From the NCBI GenBank assembly GCA_963666485.2, contig CAXXUO010000001.1, positions 928,001-992,000 of the forward strand: 64,000 bases of DNA. Reading direction: 5' to 3'. Source of the stretch: Syntrophorhabdaceae bacterium (lineage in GTDB: Bacteria > Desulfobacterota > Syntrophorhabdia > Syntrophorhabdales > Syntrophorhabdaceae). The translations under genes and the position numbers were made by a program. Shown here piece after piece: positions 1 through 9,250 of the stretch. A model generated the notes under the pieces. It saw nothing but the letters and a program-made list of their open reading frames with translations. It ran no database searches and was not told the origin of the DNA. Each line of letters starts with the position of its first letter. The stretch's first letter is position 1.

Positions 1-641
1 ATACAGTGAGGCGACAGGGCCACGATCTCCCGCACACCGTATTCCTTGAACGTTCCGAGGTTTTCTTCCTGGAGTTCTTCGAAAAGCCCGGACTCTCCGA
101 TCCTGCGTATCTCGTTCCCGCAGCAGGCCTCCTCCTCGCCCAGTATGCCGAACTCCATCCCGCCGGCCTTCAACAGCCGCGCGACGTTAACGGGGATCAC
201 CATGCACCGGGGATCGTAGGCCTGGATACAGCAGACGAAAAGGAGCCTTTTGCTTTCGGTTTCGCTTACATGCGGAACCTCGAAATCGAGCTTTTCGAGC
301 CACTCTCCGCGTTTGTTGCGCGAGCGGCCCCACGGGTTCTTCTGAACGAAGGTGTTTTCGAGCGCCTTCTGCAACGCCAGCGGTATATCGCCGTCCTCGA
401 CGAATTTTGACCGGAGCTCTATGACGACCTCGGAGGGTTTCACGTCCCGGGGACACCTGAGTGTACATGCCCCGCACGATGTACAGTACCAGGGAATCGA
501 CTCTTCGACATCCGATTTGAACTGGGTCTTTCGTACGAGCATCCTGACATTGAAAGGCGTCTTCCCGGATTCGGGGCATCCTCCCGTGCATTTGCCGCAC
601 TGGATGCACGTTAAAGCCCGTGTAGCAGTCTGTTCAGGCAT
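1..641 (-). CDS. HdrD/GlpC-like (Fe-S)-binding oxidoreductase with CCG domain, partial (runs off left edge)
   Basis: Manual translation from ATG at 641: MPEQTATRALTCIQCGKCTGGCP...WYCTSCGACTLRCP...FVCC...ACCG...SPHC. Two ferredoxin-type motifs plus CCG motifs. Absent from the ORF track because there is no stop in the window. Confidence 0.85.
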   Translation of the reverse strand, partial: MPEQTATRALTCIQCGKCTGGCPESGKTPFNVRMLVRKTQFKSDVEESIPWYCTSCGACTLRCPRDVKPSEVVIELRSKFVEDGDIPLALQKALENTFVQKNPWGRSRNKRGEWLEKLDFEVPHVSETESKRLLFVCCIQAYDPRCMVIPVNVARLLKAGGMEFGILGEEEACCGNEIRRIGESGLFEELQEENLGTFKEYGVREIVALSPHC

Positions 642-699
642 TATTTCCGACCCCCGCTTCTTTGCTATATTTTGCTGGATTCATGGCTTCCCTGTAATA

Positions 700-715
700 T
701 GCAATGAGGATACCA
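700..715 (-). promoter_or_regulatory. sigma54 (-24/-12) promoter
   Basis: Minus strand reads TGGTATCCTCATTGCA (GG-N10-GC), about 60 bp upstream of the ATG at 641. Confidence 0.7.
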
Positions 716-791
716 CAGGATCGCTTCCCTGAATGCCAAATTATTACCAGATGTTACCATAGTCATCCGGAAATTATTACCCTATATTATA

Positions 792-827
792 TGTCTATTT
801 TGGTGACAAGTGTATCCTTTTGATACG
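792..827. promoter_or_regulatory. Tandem putative enhancer sites (TGT-N11-AC[A/G])
   Basis: TGTCTATTTTGGTGACA (792-808) and TGTATCCTTTTGATACG (811-827), upstream of a sigma54 promoter. Confidence 0.5.
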
Positions 828-850
828 ATATAGTGGTATACTCTTGCGAA

Positions 851-2755
851 ATGCCATCAAAACGTGCCAGCGTCAAGCCCGGGCCCGGTAAAGGGCAGGA
901 AATCCATCATCTTTTCAGGGACCTCGCCGAAAAATCGCTTGTTGGTATTTACCTGATCCAGGATAAGCTGTTCCGGTATACCAATGAAAGGTTGGGCCAG
1001 ATCTTCGGTTATTCGGTCGATGAGATAATCGACCGGATGGGCCCTGAACACCTGGTCTATTCGGAAGACTGGCCTATCGTCGACGCGAACATCAATCGAA
1101 GGATAGCCGGCAAACTCACATCGATCCACTACGAGTTCAGGGGCGCCAGGAAGGACGGGGGTATCATCGATATAGAGGCGTACGGATATGCCACCGTCTA
1201 CAAGGGCAGGTCCGCAGTCATAGGGACGCTTCTCGATATAACCAGGAAAAAGCAGGCCGACCGCATGTTGAAAGAGGCCGAGCAGCTCTACCGCGGCATT
1301 TTTGAGAATGCCATAGAAGGGATCTTTCAGACGACGGTGGACGGAAAGATGATCGCGTCGAACCCTGCGCTCGCGACAATGCTCGGCTACAGGTCGCCCG
1401 AGGAATATATCGCATCCATTTCCGACCTGAAAAACCAGCACTATGTCAACCCGGACCATCGCCAGATCTTCATCGACACCATAGAGCGTGAAGGGATCGC
1501 GAGGGGTTTCGAGTGCCAGCTCTACAAGAAGAACGGCGACATACTGTGGGTCGTCATGAATGCCCGCGCAGTGCGGGAACCCGACGGATCCACGAGATAT
1601 TACGAAGGGACGATAGAAGATATAACCGAGCAGAAAAAAGCTGCCGACAAATTACGGACCCTCAATGAATTCAACCAGGCCATCATAGAACATGCGCCCG
1701 TTGCCATCTTCACGCTCGACAAAAAGGGCCGGTTCACGAGCGTCAATCCCGCGCTTGCGGAACTCTCAGGCCTCGGGGAGAAAGCGGAAAAGAAACTTCT
1801 CGGTTTCAACTGGCTCACCAACGCTTTTACGATAAAATCGGGGCTTGCGAAACATATCAGGAAAGGCCTCAAGGGAGAACCTTTCCAGCTCTGGGATTTT
1901 CCTTTTATGACGTACAGGGGCGACCGGAGCATCTACATGGATTTCAAGGGCGTACCGCTGAGAAGCCGCACCGGCGCTATCGACGGCCTCTTGTGCATCA
2001 TCGAGGAAACAACGGACCGGGTGAAGACGCGCGCAAAGCTCATGCAGGACACAAAGATATCCGCCATCGGAAGGCTCGCCGCAGGGGCCGCCCACGAGCT
2101 CAACAACCCGCTGGCGACGCTCGTCGCCTTCGCCGAGATAGCGACGGACATGGTACAGACGTGGAGGAACGCGTGCGATTCTCCCCTCGATGCGGGACAG
2201 CTTGCCTACTGCCTCGACATCATCCAGCAGCAGGCGTTCCGGTGCAAGAATGTCATCAATGACCTTTTGAGCCTTTCGCGCAAGGACGGCCTCGAGATGA
2301 CCGACGTCGACGTCAACAACCTCATCGCCATCATCCTCGATTCGGTCAATTTCGATGCGCGGGGGATCGTCGTCATGAGCGAGCTCATGCCCTCCCTGCC
2401 GATGGCCCGGGCGGACTTGAGCGCCCTGCGCCAGGTCGTCGTCAACCTGGTACACAATGCGATGGATGCGGTAGAAGGAAGGATGGACGCAACGGTATGG
2501 GTCAGAACGTACCTTGAGAACGGTGCGCTCAACATCGAGGTGGCCGACAACGGGATCGGGATACCGCCCACCATCCTCGAAAAGATATTCGAGCCGTTCT
2601 TCACGACAAAAGAGACCGAGAAAGGGATAGGGCTCGGGCTGTCCCTGTCGTTCGAATTCTTGAAGAGCATGAACGGGAGCATCAGCGTAAAAAGCGAGCC
2701 GGGGTCGGGCACGACGTTCAACGTGAGGCTGCCCGTAAGCGGCGGCGGGAGATAG
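851..2755 (+). CDS. Multi-PAS sensor histidine kinase (NtrB-like)
   Basis: Three PAS-like segments, H-box AAHELNNPL, N-box NLVHNAMDA, G-boxes DNGIGI and GIGLGL. ATG at 851 preferred over the ORF-track GTG at 833. Confidence 0.9.
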   Translation: MPSKRASVKPGPGKGQEIHHLFRDLAEKSLVGIYLIQDKLFRYTNERLGQIFGYSVDEIIDRMGPEHLVYSEDWPIVDANINRRIAGKLTSIHYEFRGARKDGGIIDIEAYGYATVYKGRSAVIGTLLDITRKKQADRMLKEAEQLYRGIFENAIEGIFQTTVDGKMIASNPALATMLGYRSPEEYIASISDLKNQHYVNPDHRQIFIDTIEREGIARGFECQLYKKNGDILWVVMNARAVREPDGSTRYYEGTIEDITEQKKAADKLRTLNEFNQAIIEHAPVAIFTLDKKGRFTSVNPALAELSGLGEKAEKKLLGFNWLTNAFTIKSGLAKHIRKGLKGEPFQLWDFPFMTYRGDRSIYMDFKGVPLRSRTGAIDGLLCIIEETTDRVKTRAKLMQDTKISAIGRLAAGAAHELNNPLATLVAFAEIATDMVQTWRNACDSPLDAGQLAYCLDIIQQQAFRCKNVINDLLSLSRKDGLEMTDVDVNNLIAIILDSVNFDARGIVVMSELMPSLPMARADLSALRQVVVNLVHNAMDAVEGRMDATVWVRTYLENGALNIEVADNGIGIPPTILEKIFEPFFTTKETEKGIGLGLSLSFEFLKSMNGSISVKSEPGSGTTFNVRLPVSGGGR

Positions 2756-2759
2756 ACGT

Positions 2760-4109
2760 ATGATCAGTGTATTGATCGTCGACGATGAGTCGAAACTTGT
2801 CGAGGCTTTCATCATGCAGCTCACGAAGGAAGGAATGAAGGTGTCCGGCGTGTTCAACGCCGCGGATGCCCTCGCAGCGCTCAAGAAAGAATCATTCGAT
2901 GTCGCAGTCGTTGATATAAGGCTGCCTGATCTCGATGGCGTGAACCTCCTTTTAAAAATGAAGCAGGCCGAGCCGGCGCTCGAGATCATTATGCTGACCG
3001 GTTTTGCATCGGTCGACACGGCCATCCGCTCTATGAAGCTCGGTGCGTACGATTACCTGACAAAGCCCTGCAAAATATCCGAGCTCGCGGCGATCATAGC
3101 GAAGGCTGCAGAAAAAAAGGCCCTCGCCGAGAACAACCTCGTCCTGAAGGAACACCTCATGCGGGTCGCGGTCCACGACAACTTCGTCGGCGAAAGCAAG
3201 GCAATGAAGAAGGTCAAGGAATTGATATCGATCGTCGCCCCCTCGAACACCCCGGTCCTGATCCAGGGCGAGACCGGGACAGGAAAGGAGGTCGCCGCGC
3301 GCGCCATTCACGACCAGAGCCCGCGCGCTTCGAACCCCTTTGTCGCCATCAATTCGAGCGCGCTGCAGGAGACGATCCTCGAAAGCGAGCTTTTCGGCTA
3401 CAAGAAAGGGGCATTCACCGGGGCACAGTCGGACAAGCTGGGCCTTCTCGATATTGCCAATAACGGGACCCTGTTCATCGACGAGATAGGGGACATGGGG
3501 CTCGCGATACAGGCGAAGCTCTTACGCGTCCTCGAGACGGGATCGTTCATGAAGCTCGGCGACACGAAGGAAACGAAGGTGGATGTCCGGTTCATTTTTG
3601 CCACGAACAAAGACCTCAAGGAGGAGATCGAGGAGAAGAAATTCCGGAACGATCTCTTCTTCAGGATAAACACGTTCATCATCACCCTGCCGGCCCTGCG
3701 CGACAAGAAAGAGGACATCCCGCTCCTTGTCAGTTACTTTCTCGAAAAGTTCAGCACACCGGGTGAAAGGAAACGTCTCGCTTCCCGGGCCTTCGATGTC
3801 TTCATGGCATACGGCTGGCCGGGAAATGTACGGGAACTCGTCAACGTCATCGAAAGGTCCGTTTTGATCAGCGGGAAACGTGCGGAGATAATTTCGGATG
3901 ATTTCCCGGAAAACCTGGTCAAGGATATCCCGTCCGGGTCTTTGCCTTTCAACCTTCCCGCGCCTTCGACCGCGGTTGACCTCACGAGCATGGAGGACGA
4001 GCACATCCGTAACGTCCTTGCATCTGTCAGCGGCAACAAATCGGAGGCGGCCCGCCTCCTTGGCATCAGCAGGAAAAAACTGTACAGCAGGATAAAGAAA
4101 GACGGGTAG
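2760..4109 (+). CDS. sigma54-dependent response regulator (NtrC/AtoC family)
   Basis: Receiver (VDDE, DIRLPD), Walker A GETGTGKE, GAFTGA, WPGNVREL, Fis-type HTH. Confidence 0.95.
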   Translation: MISVLIVDDESKLVEAFIMQLTKEGMKVSGVFNAADALAALKKESFDVAVVDIRLPDLDGVNLLLKMKQAEPALEIIMLTGFASVDTAIRSMKLGAYDYLTKPCKISELAAIIAKAAEKKALAENNLVLKEHLMRVAVHDNFVGESKAMKKVKELISIVAPSNTPVLIQGETGTGKEVAARAIHDQSPRASNPFVAINSSALQETILESELFGYKKGAFTGAQSDKLGLLDIANNGTLFIDEIGDMGLAIQAKLLRVLETGSFMKLGDTKETKVDVRFIFATNKDLKEEIEEKKFRNDLFFRINTFIITLPALRDKKEDIPLLVSYFLEKFSTPGERKRLASRAFDVFMAYGWPGNVRELVNVIERSVLISGKRAEIISDDFPENLVKDIPSGSLPFNLPAPSTAVDLTSMEDEHIRNVLASVSGNKSEAARLLGISRKKLYSRIKKDG

Positions 4110-4112
4110 GGA

Positions 4113-5975
4113 TCACTTTTTGCCCTTCATCCTGCGCACGGCAAGCCCCGGGGTCAGGGCTGTGGCCAGGGACAGGTGCAACCGTTTTTCGCGGTACATG
4201 AGCTTCTCGGCGACAAGCCATTCCAGGATCTCTGCGGCCGGCGGCACCGAAGCCGGGAATCGCTCCGCGATCCGGTCTTGTGTACGTATTTCCATGCAAA
4301 AGAGGTAGACTGCCCGCCACGGTCCCGGCAGCATTATGGTCCGGCACCCGTCGCGCCTGTCGACAATCTCGAGAAAATTCCCGCCATCGTGGTAATACAG
4401 GGGATGCGGCACAGGAAACCGGTCGTCCTTCCTCAACGTCTCGTGGAGCTCCCGCCAGTCGGAACAGGCCTGTTCTACAGGACTCCAATCCACCGGGTTC
4501 GGGGCATCCCAGCTTCTATCCGGCAGAATGAGTTCGTCCGCCGCTTGGGGCGGCAGGCCGCACCGGTAGTCTTCAAGATTACGGACGTTCTTGATCCCGT
4601 ATTTTTCCCGGAAGATGTCCACCGCACATCCGGGGGAAAGTTGAAAGGAAACAGTGCGTGGGGGAGGATAATAGGCACAGGCATAATCGCGAATAGCGGC
4701 TGCCGTTTCTTCCACTTCGTCCGCCGTCGCCCCGGGGAAATTTATGATCAGGTTCGTGTTGTTCCATATACCGAGTTCATGACAGGTCCTTAAGACCTGC
4801 AGGTTGCGTATGACCGTGGTGCCCTTGTTAAGACGCGACAGGTAGCTGTTCGACAAGCCTTCAATGCCGCACTCACACCGCACCATTCCTGCTTCATAGA
4901 GACCCAAAACATCCCGCGCCGTGGTATTGGCCCTCAAGCTTGTAAATATCGAGAATTCGCCGCGGCGCCGTTTCAAGGCCGCCGCCAGTTCCCGGATGCC
5001 CCGGGGCCGAACTGCATTCTCACAAAATACGATGCGGACATTCCGGTAGCGGCGGGCCAGGGCCCCAACCTCGCGGGCGATCCGCGCAGGCGACTTGTCC
5101 CGGTAGGCGCGCCCTCCGAAATTGCAGAAATAGCAGCGGTCAAGGGGGTTGCCCGTCCGCGCTGTCCTATCCCACCAACACCCGCGCGACCCCTCGACCG
5201 GGATGTTCCAGATAATGCTCAGGCTGTCGGCCTTTTTGGCATATTCGTCATAATCGGGGATGGGCAGGGAATCGAGGTCGGGAACCTCCGGGCAGGTAAC
5301 GGCCGGAATGCCCGTGTTCTCCCGGGTCATTATCCCGGGCACTCCCGGATCCGGGTCATGTTCTTCGCTTAAGGCAGTAAGAAGATGTTCGAAGGGGATC
5401 TCTCCTTCGCCCTCGACAATATAATCGACATAATCGAAGTTTTTCAGCACCGCGCGGCCGCGGTCCCCGCTCACCGCAGAGCCGCCGAGCACAATTCGGA
5501 CGCCCGGGGACACCTCCTTTATACGCCGGGCAACGGAGAGACTGGAAAATTCCTGATACAGGCTCGTCGTGAGTCCCACGACACTCTCCCCGGCGAGGGC
5601 CGCGGCCAGCGCATCCCGGTGCTCCACCAGTTCTTCGCGAACCCTGTCAAAGAATTCGTTCCAGGATTGGCCGAACTTCGGCGCGGGCGGCTCTTTGCCT
5701 TCCTCGGCAACGGCCCGCTCAATAAATGCCCGTTTTACCGCTTCACGGTGTTCCGGGAAAAGCGTCGACAGGTATATGCTTTCGCCGAGGACACTGTTGT
5801 TCCGAAAGACCATATAGATGTCGGCACCGACCCGCCTGAATATCTCGAGATGTTCCGAATGACAGGTGAGCTCTATGCGGGGTATCCGGGTGCGGATATA
5901 AGCGGACAGGGCACCGAGCGCGGAAGACGGCATGCCGAAATCGCACCACGGCATCGAAACGAGGGAAACCTTCAT
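4113..5975 (-). CDS. B12-binding radical SAM enzyme, RiPP maturation C-methyltransferase type (TIGR03975-like)
   Basis: N-terminus VSMPW...PSSALGAL, B12-domain GLTT/IVLGG/VEGEGE, PIPDYDEY, EGSRGCWW...CYFC, CGIEGLS..L..LNKG, C-terminal FLEIVDRR segment typical of this family. Confidence 0.85.
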   Translation of the reverse strand: MKVSLVSMPWCDFGMPSSALGALSAYIRTRIPRIELTCHSEHLEIFRRVGADIYMVFRNNSVLGESIYLSTLFPEHREAVKRAFIERAVAEEGKEPPAPKFGQSWNEFFDRVREELVEHRDALAAALAGESVVGLTTSLYQEFSSLSVARRIKEVSPGVRIVLGGSAVSGDRGRAVLKNFDYVDYIVEGEGEIPFEHLLTALSEEHDPDPGVPGIMTRENTGIPAVTCPEVPDLDSLPIPDYDEYAKKADSLSIIWNIPVEGSRGCWWDRTARTGNPLDRCYFCNFGGRAYRDKSPARIAREVGALARRYRNVRIVFCENAVRPRGIRELAAALKRRRGEFSIFTSLRANTTARDVLGLYEAGMVRCECGIEGLSNSYLSRLNKGTTVIRNLQVLRTCHELGIWNNTNLIINFPGATADEVEETAAAIRDYACAYYPPPRTVSFQLSPGCAVDIFREKYGIKNVRNLEDYRCGLPPQAADELILPDRSWDAPNPVDWSPVEQACSDWRELHETLRKDDRFPVPHPLYYHDGGNFLEIVDRRDGCRTIMLPGPWRAVYLFCMEIRTQDRIAERFPASVPPAAEILEWLVAEKLMYREKRLHLSLATALTPGLAVRRMKGKK

Positions 5976-6021
5976 AGGAATTTATTATTCGAACGCAAAT
6001 GACGCCCTGTGTCTCGGGCCC

Positions 6022-6444
6022 CTAAACGCCCGCGCCCCCCGTTGCCGCCCGCAGCTTAAATTTAGGGTCCAACACTGTTCTCGGTGGAATAACCACAGCA
6101 GCCTCGGTTGCGACACTGGCGCCCGGCGTCGACCCCTGTTTTACCCGGGGAGCGGTCCGGCTGTCGAGAGTCTCCTTTGCCGGCGCGGACGGGGTGGCCC
6201 CTGTCTTGACTTTCACGCCGGATGCCGATGAACCGGAAACAGTCCCTCCCGGTGTGGCGCCTGCCTTAACATTGGCAGCAGCACCTTTCTTCACCGTGGG
6301 CTGCGTTGCCGCGTCCGCGGTCTTCACATTTTTCCCGCCGGCTATCTGGCCTTGCACCCCTTCCACGGGTGCCGCCCCGGCTGAACCGACTGCAAGAACC
6401 GCTCCCGTCACGGCGAGAATGACACCGCTTATTTTTCTGCCCAT
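6022..6444 (-). CDS. Secreted low-complexity VKxG-repeat protein, candidate RiPP-like precursor 1
   Basis: AGGAGGAG RBS before ATG 6444; signal-peptide-like N-terminus ending AGA-A; four VKxG motifs; paralogous to the neighbouring gene; directly upstream of the radical SAM gene. Confidence 0.75.
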   Translation of the reverse strand: MGRKISGVILAVTGAVLAVGSAGAAPVEGVQGQIAGGKNVKTADAATQPTVKKGAAANVKAGATPGGTVSGSSASGVKVKTGATPSAPAKETLDSRTAPRVKQGSTPGASVATEAAVVIPPRTVLDPKFKLRAATGGAGV

Positions 6445-6494
6445 AGCTCCTCCTGCACCGTATCTGAATTAGTCCTGATATTTTATGCAGCCGG

Positions 6495-6926
6495 TTATCG
6501 CTTTATGACTTCCTGCGCCGCGGCGCCACCCGACTCAGCGCCTGATTTTACCTTGGGGTTTGCTCCCTGCGTCGCCTTCCCGGCGAGGGCCGTGCCTGCC
6601 TGGCCGCCCGGCGTTGACCCCTGTTTTACCGAGGGATTGACCTTGCTTCCAAGCTCAGACTTCGTCGGTGTGGACGGGGTGGCGCCTTTCTTTACTTTTA
6701 CGTCGGTTGCCGATGCGGCTCCTCGGGAAGCGTCGTTAATCCTGACGTTGGTCCCGGCAGCGCCCTGTTTCACCTTCGGCTGAGACGTCGCGTCCGCGGT
6801 CATGACGTTCCTGCCGGCCGCTGCCTGCTCAACGCCGGTCTGCGCAGCGGGTACGGCACCGGCTGTGCCGACCGCGAGAACGATACCTGTTACGCCAAGA
6901 ACGACACCCGTTATCTTCTTGCCCAT
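6495..6926 (-). CDS. Secreted low-complexity VKxG-repeat protein, candidate RiPP-like precursor 2
   Basis: AGGAGG RBS before ATG 6926 (MGKKITGVVLGVTGIVLAVGTAGA); four VKxG motifs; paralog of 6022-6444. Confidence 0.75.
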   Translation of the reverse strand: MGKKITGVVLGVTGIVLAVGTAGAVPAAQTGVEQAAAGRNVMTADATSQPKVKQGAAGTNVRINDASRGAASATDVKVKKGATPSTPTKSELGSKVNPSVKQGSTPGGQAGTALAGKATQGANPKVKSGAESGGAAAQEVIKR

Positions 6927-6996
6927 AGTTCCTCCTGTGCCTGTTATCGTTGAAAGCATTTTCCAATAATTTCCCGAAACTAGTCAAGGTTAATCA

Positions 6997-7026
6997 TTGA
7001 CCGCTCTTCAGGCCATATTCTATACT
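6997..7026 (+). promoter_or_regulatory. Possible sigma70 promoter
   Basis: TTGACC-N18-TATACT upstream of the serine hydrolase. Confidence 0.35.
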
Positions 7027-7080
7027 CGAGCATAAACCTTGAAGATCCTGATACTTAAGAAAATTAAGGGGGATGAGAAG

Positions 7081-9162
7081 ATGCCGGTAGCACGCAAAAG
7101 ATTGTCGGGACCCTGTCTTATTCTTTTCTGCGCGATGGCCTGCATTGCCGGGCCCTTGCTTTGCCCAACCCCCGCAGCTTCCTTACCGCCAGATTACGGC
7201 GAGACGATCTCGGACGCGCGTTCCGCCGCCGAAGAAACGATAGAGAAGACCGGGGCATCGTCGATCTCTCTCGCCCTCATTGAAGACGACAGGCTGGTCT
7301 GGGCCGGGCAATTCGGCCTCGCCGATAAAACGGCCAAGGCCGCACCGACCAAGGAGACGTTGTATGCGATAGGCTCGACCAGCAAAATGATCGCGGCCAT
7401 TGCCGTCATGAAACTCGTCGACCAGGGGAAGGTCCGCCTCGATGAGCCGGTAGTCACATACATCAGATCTTTCCGTATGGTCTCCCCGGAATATAAAAAG
7501 ATCACCGTCAGGATGCTCCTCAACCATTCGTCGGGCTTTCCCGGAACCGACTGGCGCAACGGGTTCACGACATCTCCCCTCAAACATAAGTATTCCTCAC
7601 AGGTGCTGGAAACGCTTGCGTACGAGCGGCTCAAGCACCCGCCCGGCTACCTCAGCGTCTACTGCAATGACGGGTACACGGTCGCTGAGCAGCTCGTCGA
7701 GGCCGTGACCGGCAAAGACTACGCCCGGTTCGTTGAGGACGAGATCCTGGCACCTCTTCAGATGCATAACAGCCGGTATGCGCTCGACCGCGTCCCCGAC
7801 GGCAGCTTCGCCAGGCGTTATGACAAGGACGGCAAGGAACTGCCGTTCCTTTTCATAAATGTGCTTGGCTCCGGGGGGCTCTATTCGACACCCTCCGATA
7901 TGGCGAGACTCGCCGGGATGTTCATCGGGAGAGGAAAGCTCGGCAGCGTGCGGGTCCTCTCGGAAAATTCCGTTGCGAATATGGCGGAAGACCAGACCCT
8001 CAAAAGTTTCAACCCCGTGAAATCCGACATGGTCAGCTACGGGCTTGGCTGGGACACGGTGCACCAGCCGGGGCTTGGCGCGGTGGGCGTCACGGCATGG
8101 CAGAAGGGGGGCGCCATCCCCTATACAAAATCCATACTGACCATCGCGCCCGATGAAAAACTGGCAGTGTTCGTGGTCGGCGCCTCGGGCAATTTCGGCT
8201 CTGATCATGCGGTGGTGCTCGCTGAAAGGGTCATGCTCAACGCGCTCAAGGAAAAGGGAAGGATCGCGTCCCTGCCCGCGAAGCTCAGCGCAAAGGTACT
8301 CCCCGTTAAACCTGTTTCCGTCGTGCAGCTGAAGCATTTCAGCGGTTACTATGCCAATAGCGGGGGATTGATGCGCGTTCGCAGGGGCCCCGGCCACACC
8401 CTGGATGTCTCACAGTACGACGCCGGGACCCGAACATGGAAAACCTGGCAGGCCGGGCTGAGGATGCGTGCGGGAGATCGATTTTCGCGCGCGGAGGAGC
8501 CTTTACGGTCTTTCTCGTTCATCTCCGGCGACGGCCGGCACTATCTCGTGTCCCGGTCCGTTGCGGGATACGGCCATTACCAGGACAACGAGATCATAGC
8601 CCAGAAGGTGTCTGAATCGCGGCCCGTGCCGACCGTATGGAAGGGGCGGCTTGACCGCGAATGGCTCCTCGCGAACGACAATCCCTCATCCGAGGGGTGG
8701 CTCGAACCCTCGACAGGTCTTTTACACATCGCCAATTTGCTTTTGTACGGCGGCGCCCAGGCTGTTGACCCGTTCCTCTCCGGTACGCGCGCCGGGATGA
8801 GGCTCGTCATTCCCCAGATCAAGGGAAGGGATTTGAACGACGTCGTTATCGAGAAACGCGGCGGCCAGGAATGGCTGCGTATCGGCAGCTTTCTTTTCCG
8901 TCCCCGTGACGGGGCAGGTAAACTCAAGGCGGGGAGGAACAGTATCATCGCGGCCCCGGACGGCACCGCAGAATGGCGCTTTGTCGATATGTCCGGCGGC
9001 CCGAAGCTCATCGGCATCAACCCCGATACGCCCGATGGGACTTGGAGGATCTACGACGGCAGCCTGAAACATATAGAAACCGGGAAAGGGAAAAAGGATG
9101 TCACACTTCCCGGCGGGAAATATTACCTCCTTTTCCATCACAATGCACTCGTGACGTACTGA
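7081..9162 (+). CDS. Secreted serine hydrolase, beta-lactamase/PBP-like family, with C-terminal extension
   Basis: IGSTSK (SxxK), LLNHSSG, YCN (YxN), GGLYST..D, hydrophobic N-terminal signal. Confidence 0.85.
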   Translation: MPVARKRLSGPCLILFCAMACIAGPLLCPTPAASLPPDYGETISDARSAAEETIEKTGASSISLALIEDDRLVWAGQFGLADKTAKAAPTKETLYAIGSTSKMIAAIAVMKLVDQGKVRLDEPVVTYIRSFRMVSPEYKKITVRMLLNHSSGFPGTDWRNGFTTSPLKHKYSSQVLETLAYERLKHPPGYLSVYCNDGYTVAEQLVEAVTGKDYARFVEDEILAPLQMHNSRYALDRVPDGSFARRYDKDGKELPFLFINVLGSGGLYSTPSDMARLAGMFIGRGKLGSVRVLSENSVANMAEDQTLKSFNPVKSDMVSYGLGWDTVHQPGLGAVGVTAWQKGGAIPYTKSILTIAPDEKLAVFVVGASGNFGSDHAVVLAERVMLNALKEKGRIASLPAKLSAKVLPVKPVSVVQLKHFSGYYANSGGLMRVRRGPGHTLDVSQYDAGTRTWKTWQAGLRMRAGDRFSRAEEPLRSFSFISGDGRHYLVSRSVAGYGHYQDNEIIAQKVSESRPVPTVWKGRLDREWLLANDNPSSEGWLEPSTGLLHIANLLLYGGAQAVDPFLSGTRAGMRLVIPQIKGRDLNDVVIEKRGGQEWLRIGSFLFRPRDGAGKLKAGRNSIIAAPDGTAEWRFVDMSGGPKLIGINPDTPDGTWRIYDGSLKHIETGKGKKDVTLPGGKYYLLFHHNALVTY

Positions 9163-9163
9163 C

Positions 9164-9205
9164 AAAAAAATACCCTCAACCCGGACATGCGCCCGGGTTG
9201 AGGGT
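9164..9205 (-). terminator. Rho-independent terminator for the minus-strand acyl-CoA operon
   Basis: ACCCTCAACCCGG...CCGGGTTGAGGGT hairpin with an A7 tract on its left (U-tract on the minus strand), between convergent genes. Confidence 0.75.
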
Positions 9206-9250
9206 TATGTATGATCGGCCAGGTTTCCGGGATGTGAGAACCTGACCTGC

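Noticed and set aside
6..732. ORF-track ORFs 6-410, 187-609 and 352-732
   Set aside because: Shadows of the minus-strand Fe-S protein gene, which has clear motifs.
7081..9162. Antibiotic-resistance beta-lactamase
   Set aside because: Only family-level SxxK/YxN motifs; the length and C-terminal extension fit a generic serine hydrolase or peptidase.
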